Below, one piece after another: positions 49,017-57,820 of a stretch of 64,000 bases of DNA. This DNA is from Myxococcota bacterium (GTDB lineage: Bacteria > Myxococcota_A > UBA9042 > PHBI01 > JAWLBL01). The stretch spans positions 32,001 to 96,000 of the forward strand of contig JAWLBL010000018.1 in NCBI GenBank assembly GCA_041687695.1, written 5' to 3'. Every line of letters begins with the position of its first letter. Positions within the stretch are counted from its first letter, which is position 1. Position numbers and translations under genes: made by a program. The notes beneath the pieces are model-generated. The model saw only the letters and a program-made list of their open reading frames with translations. It did no database searches and had not been told where the DNA came from.

Positions 49017-50237
49017 TCAGATCAGGAGGAAGGCGGCGGCGGCGGCCGCGGCGACGGCGAGGGCGACGCCGACCAGCGCGAGCTTGGGCCAGCCCGCCTT
49101 CTGTTCGGTCGTCCGGAACTTGAACTGGGGCTGCAGCTGGGTCGGCGACTTGCCGGCGGCCCGGCGGGCGGCGGCGGCGGCGGCGGCGGCGGCGGCCGCG
49201 TCGGCGGAGACCTGTGAGGTGGGGCGGGTGACGATGGTCGCGGAGCGGGCGGTGGACATGGTGGGCTCGGCGACGACCTCGGCGACGGCGGCCGGATCGG
49301 TGACCGGGCGGGGCTCGCCGTTGAGGACGGCGATCGCCTCGGCCGGATCGCCGGCGGCGTCGAGCGCGTCGAGGAAGGCCTCATACGGCTTGAAGGGGCT
49401 GTTGCCCAGCGAGATCGAGATCTGCTCGGCCGGCTTGTCGGCCGCCCAGGCCGCGACCATGTCGAAGGTCGGGAACGACAGCACCAGCCCGGAGCGCATG
49501 CGCATGCGCCAGATGGTCGAGTCGCGCCGCGGGCCCGTGTCGTCGCCCGACGACGGGACGATGGGATCGGCCGGCGGGACGGCCCCCACCTGACCCACCG
49601 GCTCGTTCATCGGCTGCGGGGCGATCGGCGGGGCGGTGACCTGCGGCGGCGCGGGGGCGGGCTCGGGACGGGGCGCCGCGGGGGTCGGCTGCGGGCGCGC
49701 GGCCGCAGCGTTGCTGGTCGGCGCCTTCAGCCCGCCGAAGCCGCCGCCGCCGGCCATCATCTCCTCGAGCAGCCCGGCCGGCAGCTGCATCTCCATCGTG
49801 GCGGCGCCCTCTTCCATCGGGCCCGCCTCGAACCCGCCGTCGCCGTCACCGTCGAACGAGTCGTCGACGGTGGTGTCCCCGGCGATCTTGTACGAACCCA
49901 GCCTGTCGGTGCTCTTGGGCGTCCGCGGCGCCGGCGGCTGGCGCGAGCTGGGCATGGACAGCCCGCCCAGGCCGGCCTTCAGCTCGCTCGCGAGCTGCGT
50001 CGGCAGCTCGATCTCCATGGTCGCGCCCCCCTCCTCGGCGGGGCCGGGCGCGGCCACGGGCGGGCTCTTCACGGCGGCCATGGCGGGCTGGGTCGCGGCC
50101 TTGACGGCGGCCTTGACCGACGAGGTCACCGGCTGCGAGGCCCCGCAGGTCGGGCAGGCGACGCTGCTGGCGTTGACCAGGCGAGCGCCATCGACCTGGA
50201 AGGTGCCCCAACAGCTGACGCAGATGAAATCCTTCAC
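49017..50237 (-). CDS. Zn-ribbon protein with disordered linker, small globular domain and C-terminal TM
   Basis: CVSC...CPTC at the N-terminus, Pro/Ala-rich linker, WRMRMRSGLVLSF domain, C-terminal hydrophobic anchor. Confidence 0.7.
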   Translation of the reverse strand: MKDFICVSCWGTFQVDGARLVNASSVACPTCGASQPVTSSVKAAVKAATQPAMAAVKSPPVAAPGPAEEGGATMEIELPTQLASELKAGLGGLSMPSSRQPPAPRTPKSTDRLGSYKIAGDTTVDDSFDGDGDGGFEAGPMEEGAATMEMQLPAGLLEEMMAGGGGFGGLKAPTSNAAAARPQPTPAAPRPEPAPAPPQVTAPPIAPQPMNEPVGQVGAVPPADPIVPSSGDDTGPRRDSTIWRMRMRSGLVLSFPTFDMVAAWAADKPAEQISISLGNSPFKPYEAFLDALDAAGDPAEAIAVLNGEPRPVTDPAAVAEVVAEPTMSTARSATIVTRPTSQVSADAAAAAAAAAAARRAAGKSPTQLQPQFKFRTTEQKAGWPKLALVGVALAVAAAAAAAFLLI

Positions 50238-50446
50238 GCGGCCCCACGCCTCTCAGTCGGGAAGGCCCCAGAGCCTTCCCCCGGCCCCGGCCGTCCTCCG
50301 TCGCGGCACGTTCGCCGCATCGACCCGGCTTCTGTAGCACGCCCCCCGCCAGCCTCGCAAACACCGAGACCCGGCCGCGCCATCGTCGCCCGTGACCGCG
50401 CGACCCTCTGGCGACCGCGCCCCCGGCCGCGTTACTCTGCATCGCC

Positions 50447-52246
50447 ATGCAGTCCCGCTACACCCTCGACTACCTGCTCCAGCTCCTCGTCCGCCGCGGC
50501 GTGTTGAAACCCGCCCAGGCCGAGGAGGTCGCCGTCCGCGAGAGCGGCCAGCGCTACCGCCTGGAAAAAGAGGCCGGCGTGGCCGGCGGCCGCCCGGGCG
50601 CCTCCGAGATCTCGCCGGGCGAGCTGCTCGCCAGCTTCGAACTCGCCCTGCCCGACGGCTCGGTCCTGACCGAAGACCGGATCATGGCGGTGATGGCGCA
50701 GGAGGAGGGCCTGCCGTACCTCAAGATCGACCCGCTCAAGCTCGACGCGCAGCTCGTCACCAGCACGATGTCGCGCCCCTTCGCCAGAAAGCACCGCCTG
50801 CTGCCCCTGTCGCGCCGCGGCTCGGTCCTGCGCGTCGCCACCGACGACCCGTTCAACCTCGAGGCCTTCGAGTCGCTGCGCACCCTGACCGGCGCCGGCG
50901 TCGAGGTGGTGCTGTCGAGCAAGACCGACATCGTCCGCTTCATCCGCGAGATCTACGGCTTCCGCCGCAGCCTGGCCGCAGCCGAGGCCGACCTCACCCG
51001 CGGCCCCGACCTCGGCAACCTCGAGCAGCTGGTCAAGCTCAAGTCCTTCGACGAGATCGAGGCCACCGACAAGCACATCGTCAACGCGGTCGAGTACCTG
51101 CTGCACTACGCCTTCGAGCAGCGCGCCAGCGACATCCACATCGAGCCCAAGCGCGAGATCGCCCTGGTCCGCCTGCGCATCGACGGCGTCCTGCACACCA
51201 TCCAGCGCGTCCCGCGGGTGGTCCACAACGCCATCGTCAGCCGCATCAAGACCCTGGCGCGCCTCGACATCGCCGAGAAGCGCCGCCCCCAGGACGGCCG
51301 CATCAAGACCGCCCACCAGGCCAACGGCGGCGGCGAGGTCGAGCTGCGCGTGTCCACCCTGCCGGTGGCCTTCGGCGAAAAGCTCGTCATCCGCGTCTTC
51401 GACCCGATGATCCTGCTCCAGGACATCGAGGCCCTGGGCTTCGGCGCGGCCGAGCTCGAGCGCTTCCAGGGCTTCCTCGCCCGCCCCCACGGCCTGGTCC
51501 TGGTCACCGGCCCGACCGGCAGCGGCAAGACGACCACCCTGTACTCGGCCCTGCAGGTGCTGGCGACCGAGCAGGTCAACGTCACCACCATCGAGGACCC
51601 CATCGAGATGGTGGTCGAGGAGTTCAACCAGACCTCCATCATGCCCAAGGCGGGCATCACCTTCGCCTCGGCCCTGCGCACCCTCTTGCGCCAGGACCCC
51701 GACATCATCATGGTCGGCGAGATCCGCGACGCCGAGACCGCCGAGCAGGCCATCCAGGCGGCGCTCACCGGCCACCTGGTCCTGTCGACCATGCACACCA
51801 ACGACTCGGCCGGCGCCGTCACCCGCCTCATCGAGCTGGGCCTCGAGCCCTTCCTGGTCGCCTCGACCCTGACCGGCGTCATCGCCCAGCGCCTGGTGCG
51901 CAAGGTCTGCGAGGCCTGCAAGGTCCAGACGACCCTCACCCGCGAGCAGATCCTGGCCCTGGGCATGCCGCTGGCCGACGACGGCCCCGCCCCCACCCTG
52001 CCCGTCTGGTACGGCAAGGGCTGCGTCGAGTGCCGCCACACGGGCCTGCGCGGCCGCATCGGCGTCTACGAGGTCATGCCCGTGAGCGAGCGCGTCCAGC
52101 GCCTCGTCCTCCAGCGCGCCCCCTCCCTCGAGCTGATGAAGGTCGCCCGCCAGGACGGCATGATGACCCTGCGCGAGTCCGCCATCCAGAAGCTCGCCGA
52201 GGGCGTCACCTCCTTCGAAGAGGTCATCCGCGTCACCGCCGAGTAG
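50447..52246 (+). CDS. GspE/PilB-family secretion/pilus assembly ATPase
   Basis: ASDIHIEP, LDIAEKRRPQDGR, GPTGSGKTT, TIEDPIE, LRQDPDIIMVGEIRD, TGHLVLSTMH, CEAC/CVEC Zn motif. Confidence 0.93.
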   Translation: MQSRYTLDYLLQLLVRRGVLKPAQAEEVAVRESGQRYRLEKEAGVAGGRPGASEISPGELLASFELALPDGSVLTEDRIMAVMAQEEGLPYLKIDPLKLDAQLVTSTMSRPFARKHRLLPLSRRGSVLRVATDDPFNLEAFESLRTLTGAGVEVVLSSKTDIVRFIREIYGFRRSLAAAEADLTRGPDLGNLEQLVKLKSFDEIEATDKHIVNAVEYLLHYAFEQRASDIHIEPKREIALVRLRIDGVLHTIQRVPRVVHNAIVSRIKTLARLDIAEKRRPQDGRIKTAHQANGGGEVELRVSTLPVAFGEKLVIRVFDPMILLQDIEALGFGAAELERFQGFLARPHGLVLVTGPTGSGKTTTLYSALQVLATEQVNVTTIEDPIEMVVEEFNQTSIMPKAGITFASALRTLLRQDPDIIMVGEIRDAETAEQAIQAALTGHLVLSTMHTNDSAGAVTRLIELGLEPFLVASTLTGVIAQRLVRKVCEACKVQTTLTREQILALGMPLADDGPAPTLPVWYGKGCVECRHTGLRGRIGVYEVMPVSERVQRLVLQRAPSLELMKVARQDGMMTLRESAIQKLAEGVTSFEEVIRVTAE

Positions 52247-52302
52247 CGCCTCCGCTTGACGCCGCCCCTCCGCCGCCCTCTCCTTCCCGGAGGAGCCCCG
52301 CC

Positions 52303-53616
52303 ATGGAAACGCCCTCCACGCCCGCCCCCGAGCCGCCGGTCTGGTACCTCGGCGCCATCGAGCTCGAGAACGTCGGCCCCTTCGGGCCCCGCCAGCGCCT
52401 CGAGCTGACCACCGCCGACGGCCGCCACGCCCAGTGGACCGTGCTGCTGGGCGACAACGGCGCAGGCAAGACGACGGTGCTGCAGGCCATCGCGGCCGTG
52501 ACGGCTCCGGTCGACATGCCCGACTCCTACCTTCTCCCGGTGTCCCGCTGGGTTGAACGCGCAAAGCGAGTTCGGTGTGAAAGCGGAGCCGTCGCGCTCA
52601 AGCTCGACGTATACCGAGGTCGTGACCTGGACGAGATGCTGGGTCGCCATCTGGTGGAGTTCGACCTCGAGCCGCGCGGCTTCACTCGAAACCGCGCTCC
52701 CGTCGACGCCCCGTTGATGGTTGGATACGGGGCCTCTCGGCGCGGATTTCCGACCTCGATGACGGCAAGGGAACTGGAGACGCCTGTCGCCAGCCTCTTC
52801 AACCCCGAAGCCAACCTGATCGACCTGCAGGAGTGGTTCCTTCGCACCGAGTACGTCTCGCTGAAGGAAGGCCCCGGCGGCCCGGCGTCCAAGCGGCTCG
52901 AGCAGGTCAAGCAGCTCGCCATCGAGCTGCTCCCCGAGGTGCAGGACATCCACATCACCGGCCCGGGCGGGCGCAGCGCCGCGAACCCGGACATCTTCGA
53001 GTACCCGCTCCTCTTCGACACCCCCTACGGCCGCGTCGGCTTCGACCAGCTCAGCCTGGGGTATCAGACGATGCTGACCTGGGTGGTCGACCTGGCCGCC
53101 CGGCTGACCGAGCGCTACCCCGACAGCCCCAACCCGCTGGCCGAGCCCGTCATCGTGCTGGTCGACGAGATCGATCTCCACCTGCAGCCCAAGTGGCAGC
53201 GCGAGATCACCAGCTTCCTCTCGGCCCGCTTCCCCAGGGCCCAGTTCATCGTCACCGCCCACAGCCCGCTCATCGTGCAGTCGGCCCCCGACGCCCGCAT
53301 CGCCCTGGTTCGCCGCGACGGCGACCACGCGGTCATCGACCCCGCCCCCGACCGCGTCGCCCGCTGGCGCATCGACCAGATCCTCACCAGCGAGCTGTTC
53401 GGCCTCGACACCGCGCTCCCACGCGAGACGGAGCGTCTGCTGGAAGAGCGTGCCGAGCTGCTGTCCAAGGCGCAGCCGAGCCCCGACGAGCTGCGTCGCG
53501 CCGAGGAGATCGCCGCTGAGCTGGACCGCTCGGAACCCGAGCGCGAGCAGAGGCAGGCCGAGTTGCTGCGCCGCGCGGCCGAGCTGGTCAAGAAGCACAA
53601 TCTCGACAAGCCATGA
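52303..53616 (+). CDS. ABC-type AAA ATPase (AAA_21/AAA_15, PtuA-like), putative defence sensor
   Basis: GGAGGAG RBS; LENVGPF, Walker A GDNGAGKTT, GYGASR, LSLGYQ, Walker B IVLVDEIDLHLQP, QFIVTAHSP. Confidence 0.88.
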   Translation: METPSTPAPEPPVWYLGAIELENVGPFGPRQRLELTTADGRHAQWTVLLGDNGAGKTTVLQAIAAVTAPVDMPDSYLLPVSRWVERAKRVRCESGAVALKLDVYRGRDLDEMLGRHLVEFDLEPRGFTRNRAPVDAPLMVGYGASRRGFPTSMTARELETPVASLFNPEANLIDLQEWFLRTEYVSLKEGPGGPASKRLEQVKQLAIELLPEVQDIHITGPGGRSAANPDIFEYPLLFDTPYGRVGFDQLSLGYQTMLTWVVDLAARLTERYPDSPNPLAEPVIVLVDEIDLHLQPKWQREITSFLSARFPRAQFIVTAHSPLIVQSAPDARIALVRRDGDHAVIDPAPDRVARWRIDQILTSELFGLDTALPRETERLLEERAELLSKAQPSPDELRRAEEIAAELDRSEPEREQRQAELLRRAAELVKKHNLDKP

Positions 53617-54872
53617 TCCGCATCGAGCGTCCCGGTGCGCCAGACGTCCTTCGCGAGCGCGCCGAAGCTGCGACGAACCGGCTGCGGGAGGTCCACGCCG
53701 CCGACCCCGATGGGGTCGCATCGGGCACGACCAGGCTGCCCTTCGAGGCCGCCCTCTATGGCCACGCTGAAGTGAAGAAGGCGCTCGTGGCTGCGCAGAA
53801 CGGCAAGTGCGCCTACTGCGAGTCCGAGGTCGAGTCCGTCGCCTACGGCGATGTCGAGCACTTCCGACCCAAGGCGGGCTGGAAACAAGCAGATGGCGAC
53901 CCGCTGGCCCGACCTGGCTACTTCTGGCTGACCTACGAGTGGGACAACCTGCTGTTCGCCTGCGAGCGTTGCAACCGCGAGTACAAGCGCAACCTGTTCC
54001 CGCTCGAGGACCCCGAAAGCCGCGCCAGCTTCGCGACCGAGGACCACGGCGACGAGAGGCCGCTGTTCATCGATCCGAGCCGCGAGGATCCGCAAGCCCA
54101 CATCGGGTTCCGGCAATGGGACGCATTCGCTCGCGACGCGAGCCGACGCGGCAGGACCACCATAGATGGCCTGGGGCTCAATCGGCCGAGGTTGCTCGAC
54201 GAGCGCAGGAGAGCATGGAAAGCGCTGCGACAGATGCTCGAAGCTCTTGCCACCCTCTCGAAGCGGCCGGATGACCCTGAAGCCCTCAGGCTCATCGAGG
54301 AACTCGCGGCTGAACTCGAGGCCGCCGTGCAGCCATCGGCCCCGTTCACGGCCATGGCGCGGTGCGCCCTGCGGGACCTCGCGCCATGGACCCTTGCTGG
54401 ACCCCTCGCGGAGAAGTCGTTCATCTCCGCGGACCCCTCGCGAGGGGTCGCAAAGCTCGTCGGGAGCTTCCTCGGCCCCTGCCGAGGGGTCGGAGGAGCT
54501 CGCCGGGAGCTTCCTGGACCCCTGCCGAGGGGTCGGAGGAGCTCGTCGGGAGCTCTCTGGACCCCTGCCGAGGGGTCGGAAGGCTTGCCGGGAGCTCTCT
54601 GGACCCCTGCCGAGGGGTCGGAGGAGCTCGTCGGGAGCTCTCTTGACCCCTGCCGAGGGGTCGGAGGAGCTCGTCGGGAGCTCTCTGGACCCCTGCGAGG
54701 GGTCGGAAGGCTTGCCGGGCGCTCTCTGGACCCCTCTGCTGGGCCGCGGGGGCCGCAATTCCTGACGGTGGCGGCTGGCGGGCCTATGATGCGCGGCGCA
54801 ATCCTTGGGGGAGAACCGCATGCGCCTCGCTCTGGCCGTCGCCTTGGCCTTCTTCGCGCTCGCCGGCTGTGA
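53613..54872 (+). CDS. HNH endonuclease (PtuB/TIGR02646-like); core about 255 aa, frame then continues through a repeat array
   Basis: KCAYCE, DVEHFRPK, YFWLTYEWDNLLFACERCN, IDP..EDP, TIDGLGLNR; ATGA overlap with the ATPase stop. Confidence 0.85.
   Translation: MIRIERPGAPDVLRERAEAATNRLREVHAADPDGVASGTTRLPFEAALYGHAEVKKALVAAQNGKCAYCESEVESVAYGDVEHFRPKAGWKQADGDPLARPGYFWLTYEWDNLLFACERCNREYKRNLFPLEDPESRASFATEDHGDERPLFIDPSREDPQAHIGFRQWDAFARDASRRGRTTIDGLGLNRPRLLDERRRAWKALRQMLEALATLSKRPDDPEALRLIEELAAELEAAVQPSAPFTAMARCALRDLAPWTLAGPLAEKSFISADPSRGVAKLVGSFLGPCRGVGGARRELPGPLPRGRRSSSGALWTPAEGSEGLPGALWTPAEGSEELVGSSLDPCRGVGGARRELSGPLRGVGRLAGRSLDPSAGPRGPQFLTVAAGGPMMRGAILGGEPHAPRSGRRLGLLRARRL
54432..54735. repeat. 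Tandem array of seven 41-43 bp double-hairpin units
   Basis: Units start at 54432, 54474, 54517, 54560, 54602, 54645 and 54688 (partials at 54400 and 54729); consensus GACCCCT-GCCG-AGGGGTC GGAG GAGCTC-GTCGG-GAGCTC TCTG. Confidence 0.92.
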
Positions 54873-57018
54873 CAAGCCGGCCCCGCCGGCCTATCCGCTC
54901 GCCGAGGGGGCCGCCGAGGTGGCCGACCCGGGGGTCGAGCTGGGGCTGGGGACCTCGCTGGCCGCCCTGCCGGTCGAGCAGGTCGCCACGGCGACGCAGG
55001 ACGGCGCCACCGCCCGCCTGGCCTACGACGGGGCGCGGCTGCTGCTCGAGCTGCAGGGCCTGCCGCCCGCCACGCCCGAGTGCCCGGTGGTCGCCTACCT
55101 GGCCCAGGACGCCGGCGGGACCCGCTGGGAGTACCGCTTCACCGGCGGCGACCCGGTCACCTACCTGAACGGCGGCCTCTTCGGCGGCAAGGCCCCGCGC
55201 AGCCGGGTCGAGGGCGAGGTGCGGCGCTTCTACCTGCCCACCCTGCCGGGCGACTTCGCCCTGCAGGTCGTCGGCCCCGCCTCGCCCGGCGCCGCCGAGT
55301 GCGTGCACGCCCCGCTCATCCCCGCCGTGACCGGGCGCCTGACCCCGCAGGGCGGCCTGACCTGGGCCCCGGCCGCGGACCCGGTGGTGGTCGGCGTGCG
55401 ACTTGCCAAGGACGGCCCGGCCTCGACCGACGCCGGCCGCTACTCGGTCGGCGACGCGCTGGTGCTGGTCGGCGCCAACCTGGCCCAGGTCGACGCCGCC
55501 CGCTTCGGCGACACCGAGGCCCCGGCCACCGTGCTGGCCCCCTGGGCGGTCCAGACCACCGTCGCCGGCGGCGGCGACAGCGAGACCCTGGCCGTCCGCA
55601 CCCCCGCCGGCTGGACGCGCGGGGTCCGCGCCCCGGTCGACGGCACCGTCGCCCGCATCGGCGACGCGATGGGCGCCCTCTCCGGCGCCATCTGGGACAC
55701 CTGGCTGGTGGTGCTGCTGGTCGGCGCCGGGATCATCCTCACCGTGGTCAACGGCTTCCCGCAGCTGCGCGGCTTCCTCCACGCCCTCCGCGTCGTCCGC
55801 GGCCACTACGACAAGCCCGACGAGAAGGGCGAGATCAACCACTTCCAGGCGCTGACCGCCGCCCTGTCGGCCACCGTGGGCCTGGGCAACATCGGCGGCG
55901 TCGCGGTCGCCGTCACCACCGGCGGCCCGGGCGCCATCTTCTGGATGTGGGTCTCGGGCTTCCTCGGCATGGCCACCAAGTTCAGCGAGTGCACCCTGTC
56001 GACCGCCTACCGCGAGGTGCGCGACGACGGCACGGTCGCCGGCGGGCCCATGTACTACATCAAGAAGGGGCTGGGCGGCGTCATGACCCCGGTCGCCTTC
56101 CTCTACGGCCTGTTCATCACCATCTCGAGCTTCGGCGGCGGCAACATGTTCCAGGCCAACCAGGCCGCCGCCATCTGGGAGCAGAGCTGGGGCATCCCCG
56201 CCTGGGGCACCGGCCTCATCCTGGTCGCCCTGGTCGGCGCCACCATCATCGGCGGCATCAAGCGCATCGGCCGCGTCACCGACAAGCTGGTCCCCACCAT
56301 GTGCGGCCTGTACGTGCTGGCCGCGCTGCTGGTCATCTTCACCCACATCGACATGGTCCCGGGCCTGTTCGCCTCCATCTTCACCGAGGCCTTCAGCGTC
56401 TCGGCCGCCATCGGCGGCACCCTGGGCGTCGTCATCAAGGACGTCCTCATCAGCGGCTTCCGCCGCGCCTCCTTCTCCAACGAGGCCGGCTTCGGCTCCG
56501 CCGCCATCGCCCACGCCGCCGTCAAGACCGACGAGCCGGTCCGCGAGGGCGTCGTCGCCCTGCTCGAGCCCTTCATCGACACCATCGTCATCTGCACGAT
56601 GACCGCCCTGGTCATCCTCATCAGCGGCGCCTGGACCCAGCAGGGCCTCGACGGCGTGCAGCTGACGGCGGTCGCCTTCGACTCGGCCTACGTCGGCTTC
56701 GGCAGCCTGCTCGTCCCCATCGCGGTCTTCCTCTTCGCCGTCTCGACCATGATCTCGTGGTCCTACTACGGCGAAAAGGGCGTCGAGTACGTCTTCGGCC
56801 GCCGCGCCATCCCCATCTACCGCGTCCTGTTCGTCGGCCTCATCTTCATCGGCGCCATCTGGAAGCTGGGCCCGGTGCTCGACTTCTCCGACGCCGCCTT
56901 CGGCGTCCTCGCCGTCCCCAACATCATCGCGGTCCTGCTGCTCATCCCCAAGCTCCGCACCCTGGTCGGCGACTACTTCGGCCGCCTCCGCTCCGGCGCC
57001 ATGCGCGAGTACAAGTAG
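54820..57018 (+). CDS. Alanine/glycine:cation symporter (AgcS/AlsT) with N-terminal lipoprotein extension
   Basis: FQALTAALSATVGLGNI, GGPGAIFWMW, GGPMYYI, FSNEAG.GSA, EPFIDTIVICT, SWSYYG; lipobox LAGC plus about 270 extra aa. Confidence 0.92.
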   Translation: MRLALAVALAFFALAGCDKPAPPAYPLAEGAAEVADPGVELGLGTSLAALPVEQVATATQDGATARLAYDGARLLLELQGLPPATPECPVVAYLAQDAGGTRWEYRFTGGDPVTYLNGGLFGGKAPRSRVEGEVRRFYLPTLPGDFALQVVGPASPGAAECVHAPLIPAVTGRLTPQGGLTWAPAADPVVVGVRLAKDGPASTDAGRYSVGDALVLVGANLAQVDAARFGDTEAPATVLAPWAVQTTVAGGGDSETLAVRTPAGWTRGVRAPVDGTVARIGDAMGALSGAIWDTWLVVLLVGAGIILTVVNGFPQLRGFLHALRVVRGHYDKPDEKGEINHFQALTAALSATVGLGNIGGVAVAVTTGGPGAIFWMWVSGFLGMATKFSECTLSTAYREVRDDGTVAGGPMYYIKKGLGGVMTPVAFLYGLFITISSFGGGNMFQANQAAAIWEQSWGIPAWGTGLILVALVGATIIGGIKRIGRVTDKLVPTMCGLYVLAALLVIFTHIDMVPGLFASIFTEAFSVSAAIGGTLGVVIKDVLISGFRRASFSNEAGFGSAAIAHAAVKTDEPVREGVVALLEPFIDTIVICTMTALVILISGAWTQQGLDGVQLTAVAFDSAYVGFGSLLVPIAVFLFAVSTMISWSYYGEKGVEYVFGRRAIPIYRVLFVGLIFIGAIWKLGPVLDFSDAAFGVLAVPNIIAVLLLIPKLRTLVGDYFGRLRSGAMREYK

Positions 57019-57090
57019 CCGAGACTCGTCTGGTGGAAGCAGAGCGCTTTGGTGGATACTATGCGCCATGAGCGTCGATGGAGTCGTGTC

Positions 57091-57369
57091 ATGGCTTTGA
57101 ACATCAAGAACGCCGAGGTCGAACGGCTGGTGGACGAGGTCGCCGCGATCACCGGCGAGACGAAGACCGAAGCCGTCAGGCGGGCGCTCGAAGAACGCGC
57201 GCAGCGTCTGTCGCTCCGAAGCCGGCGACCTCGCACGTTGGAAGAGGCGCTCGCGGTCCTCCAGCGGGACATCTGGTCGATGATTCCCAGCGACAAGCTC
57301 GGCAGACCGCCGCTGACGCGCGAGGAAGAGGACGAGATCCTCGGCTTCGACCCGGACACCGGGACGTGA
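57091..57369 (+). CDS. vapB: Type II antitoxin VapB (Rv0623-like RHH)
   Basis: MALNIKNAEVERL....A..TGETKTEAVRRAL; GTGA overlap with the PIN gene. Confidence 0.88.
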   Translation: MALNIKNAEVERLVDEVAAITGETKTEAVRRALEERAQRLSLRSRRPRTLEEALAVLQRDIWSMIPSDKLGRPPLTREEEDEILGFDPDTGT

Positions 57370-57752
57370 TCCTCGACTCCTCGGCCGTGGTTGCTGTCGT
57401 GCTGGGTGAACCTGGCCACGAGCAGCTGGTAGCCAAGCTCCTCACGGCGGAGGTGATTGGCATCGGAGCGCCTACCCTGGTGGAGGTCTCGACCGTTCTC
57501 CTGGCCCGCCTCGGAACCGACCCGCTCGTCGTCGTGTCCAGGTTCCTCGCCGGGTATGCCGTCGAAGTCATCGAGTTCACAGATCTTCATTGGCGCGAAG
57601 CCGCTTCGGCCTACTTGCGATTTGGGCGTGGGCGACACCCTGCGAAGCTGAACTACGGTGACTGCCTGAGCTATGCGACGGCGAGCGTGGCCCGAAAGCC
57701 CCTGCTGTGCATCGGCAATGACTTCCCGCAGACCGACCTGTCCCTGGCCTGA
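57366..57752 (+). CDS. vapC: Type II toxin VapC (PIN-domain RNase)
   Basis: ILDSSAVVA, E in PTLVE, FGRGRHPAKLNYGDCLSYA, GNDFPQTD. Confidence 0.92.
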   Translation: MILDSSAVVAVVLGEPGHEQLVAKLLTAEVIGIGAPTLVEVSTVLLARLGTDPLVVVSRFLAGYAVEVIEFTDLHWREAASAYLRFGRGRHPAKLNYGDCLSYATASVARKPLLCIGNDFPQTDLSLA

Positions 57753-57820
57753 GCGATCGACTGGAGCGCGCTCGCGCGGACTCGCTGGATCGCCGCCGCT
57801 CGCGGCGGCCGAGCATGGCC

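Noticed and set aside
50392..53616. 1074-aa ORF as a single protein
   Set aside because: The first about 637 codons are an off-frame shadow of the gspE-like gene; the ATPase begins at ATG 52303 after a GGAGGAG RBS.
54432..54735. CRISPR or guide-RNA (spacer-containing) array
   Set aside because: The units are head-to-tail near-identical with only two variants; there are no unique spacers.
52303..54872. Retron (type I-A)
   Set aside because: No reverse transcriptase ORF (no YADD-type motif) nearby, and only 56 nt upstream of the ATPase, too little for msr-msd.
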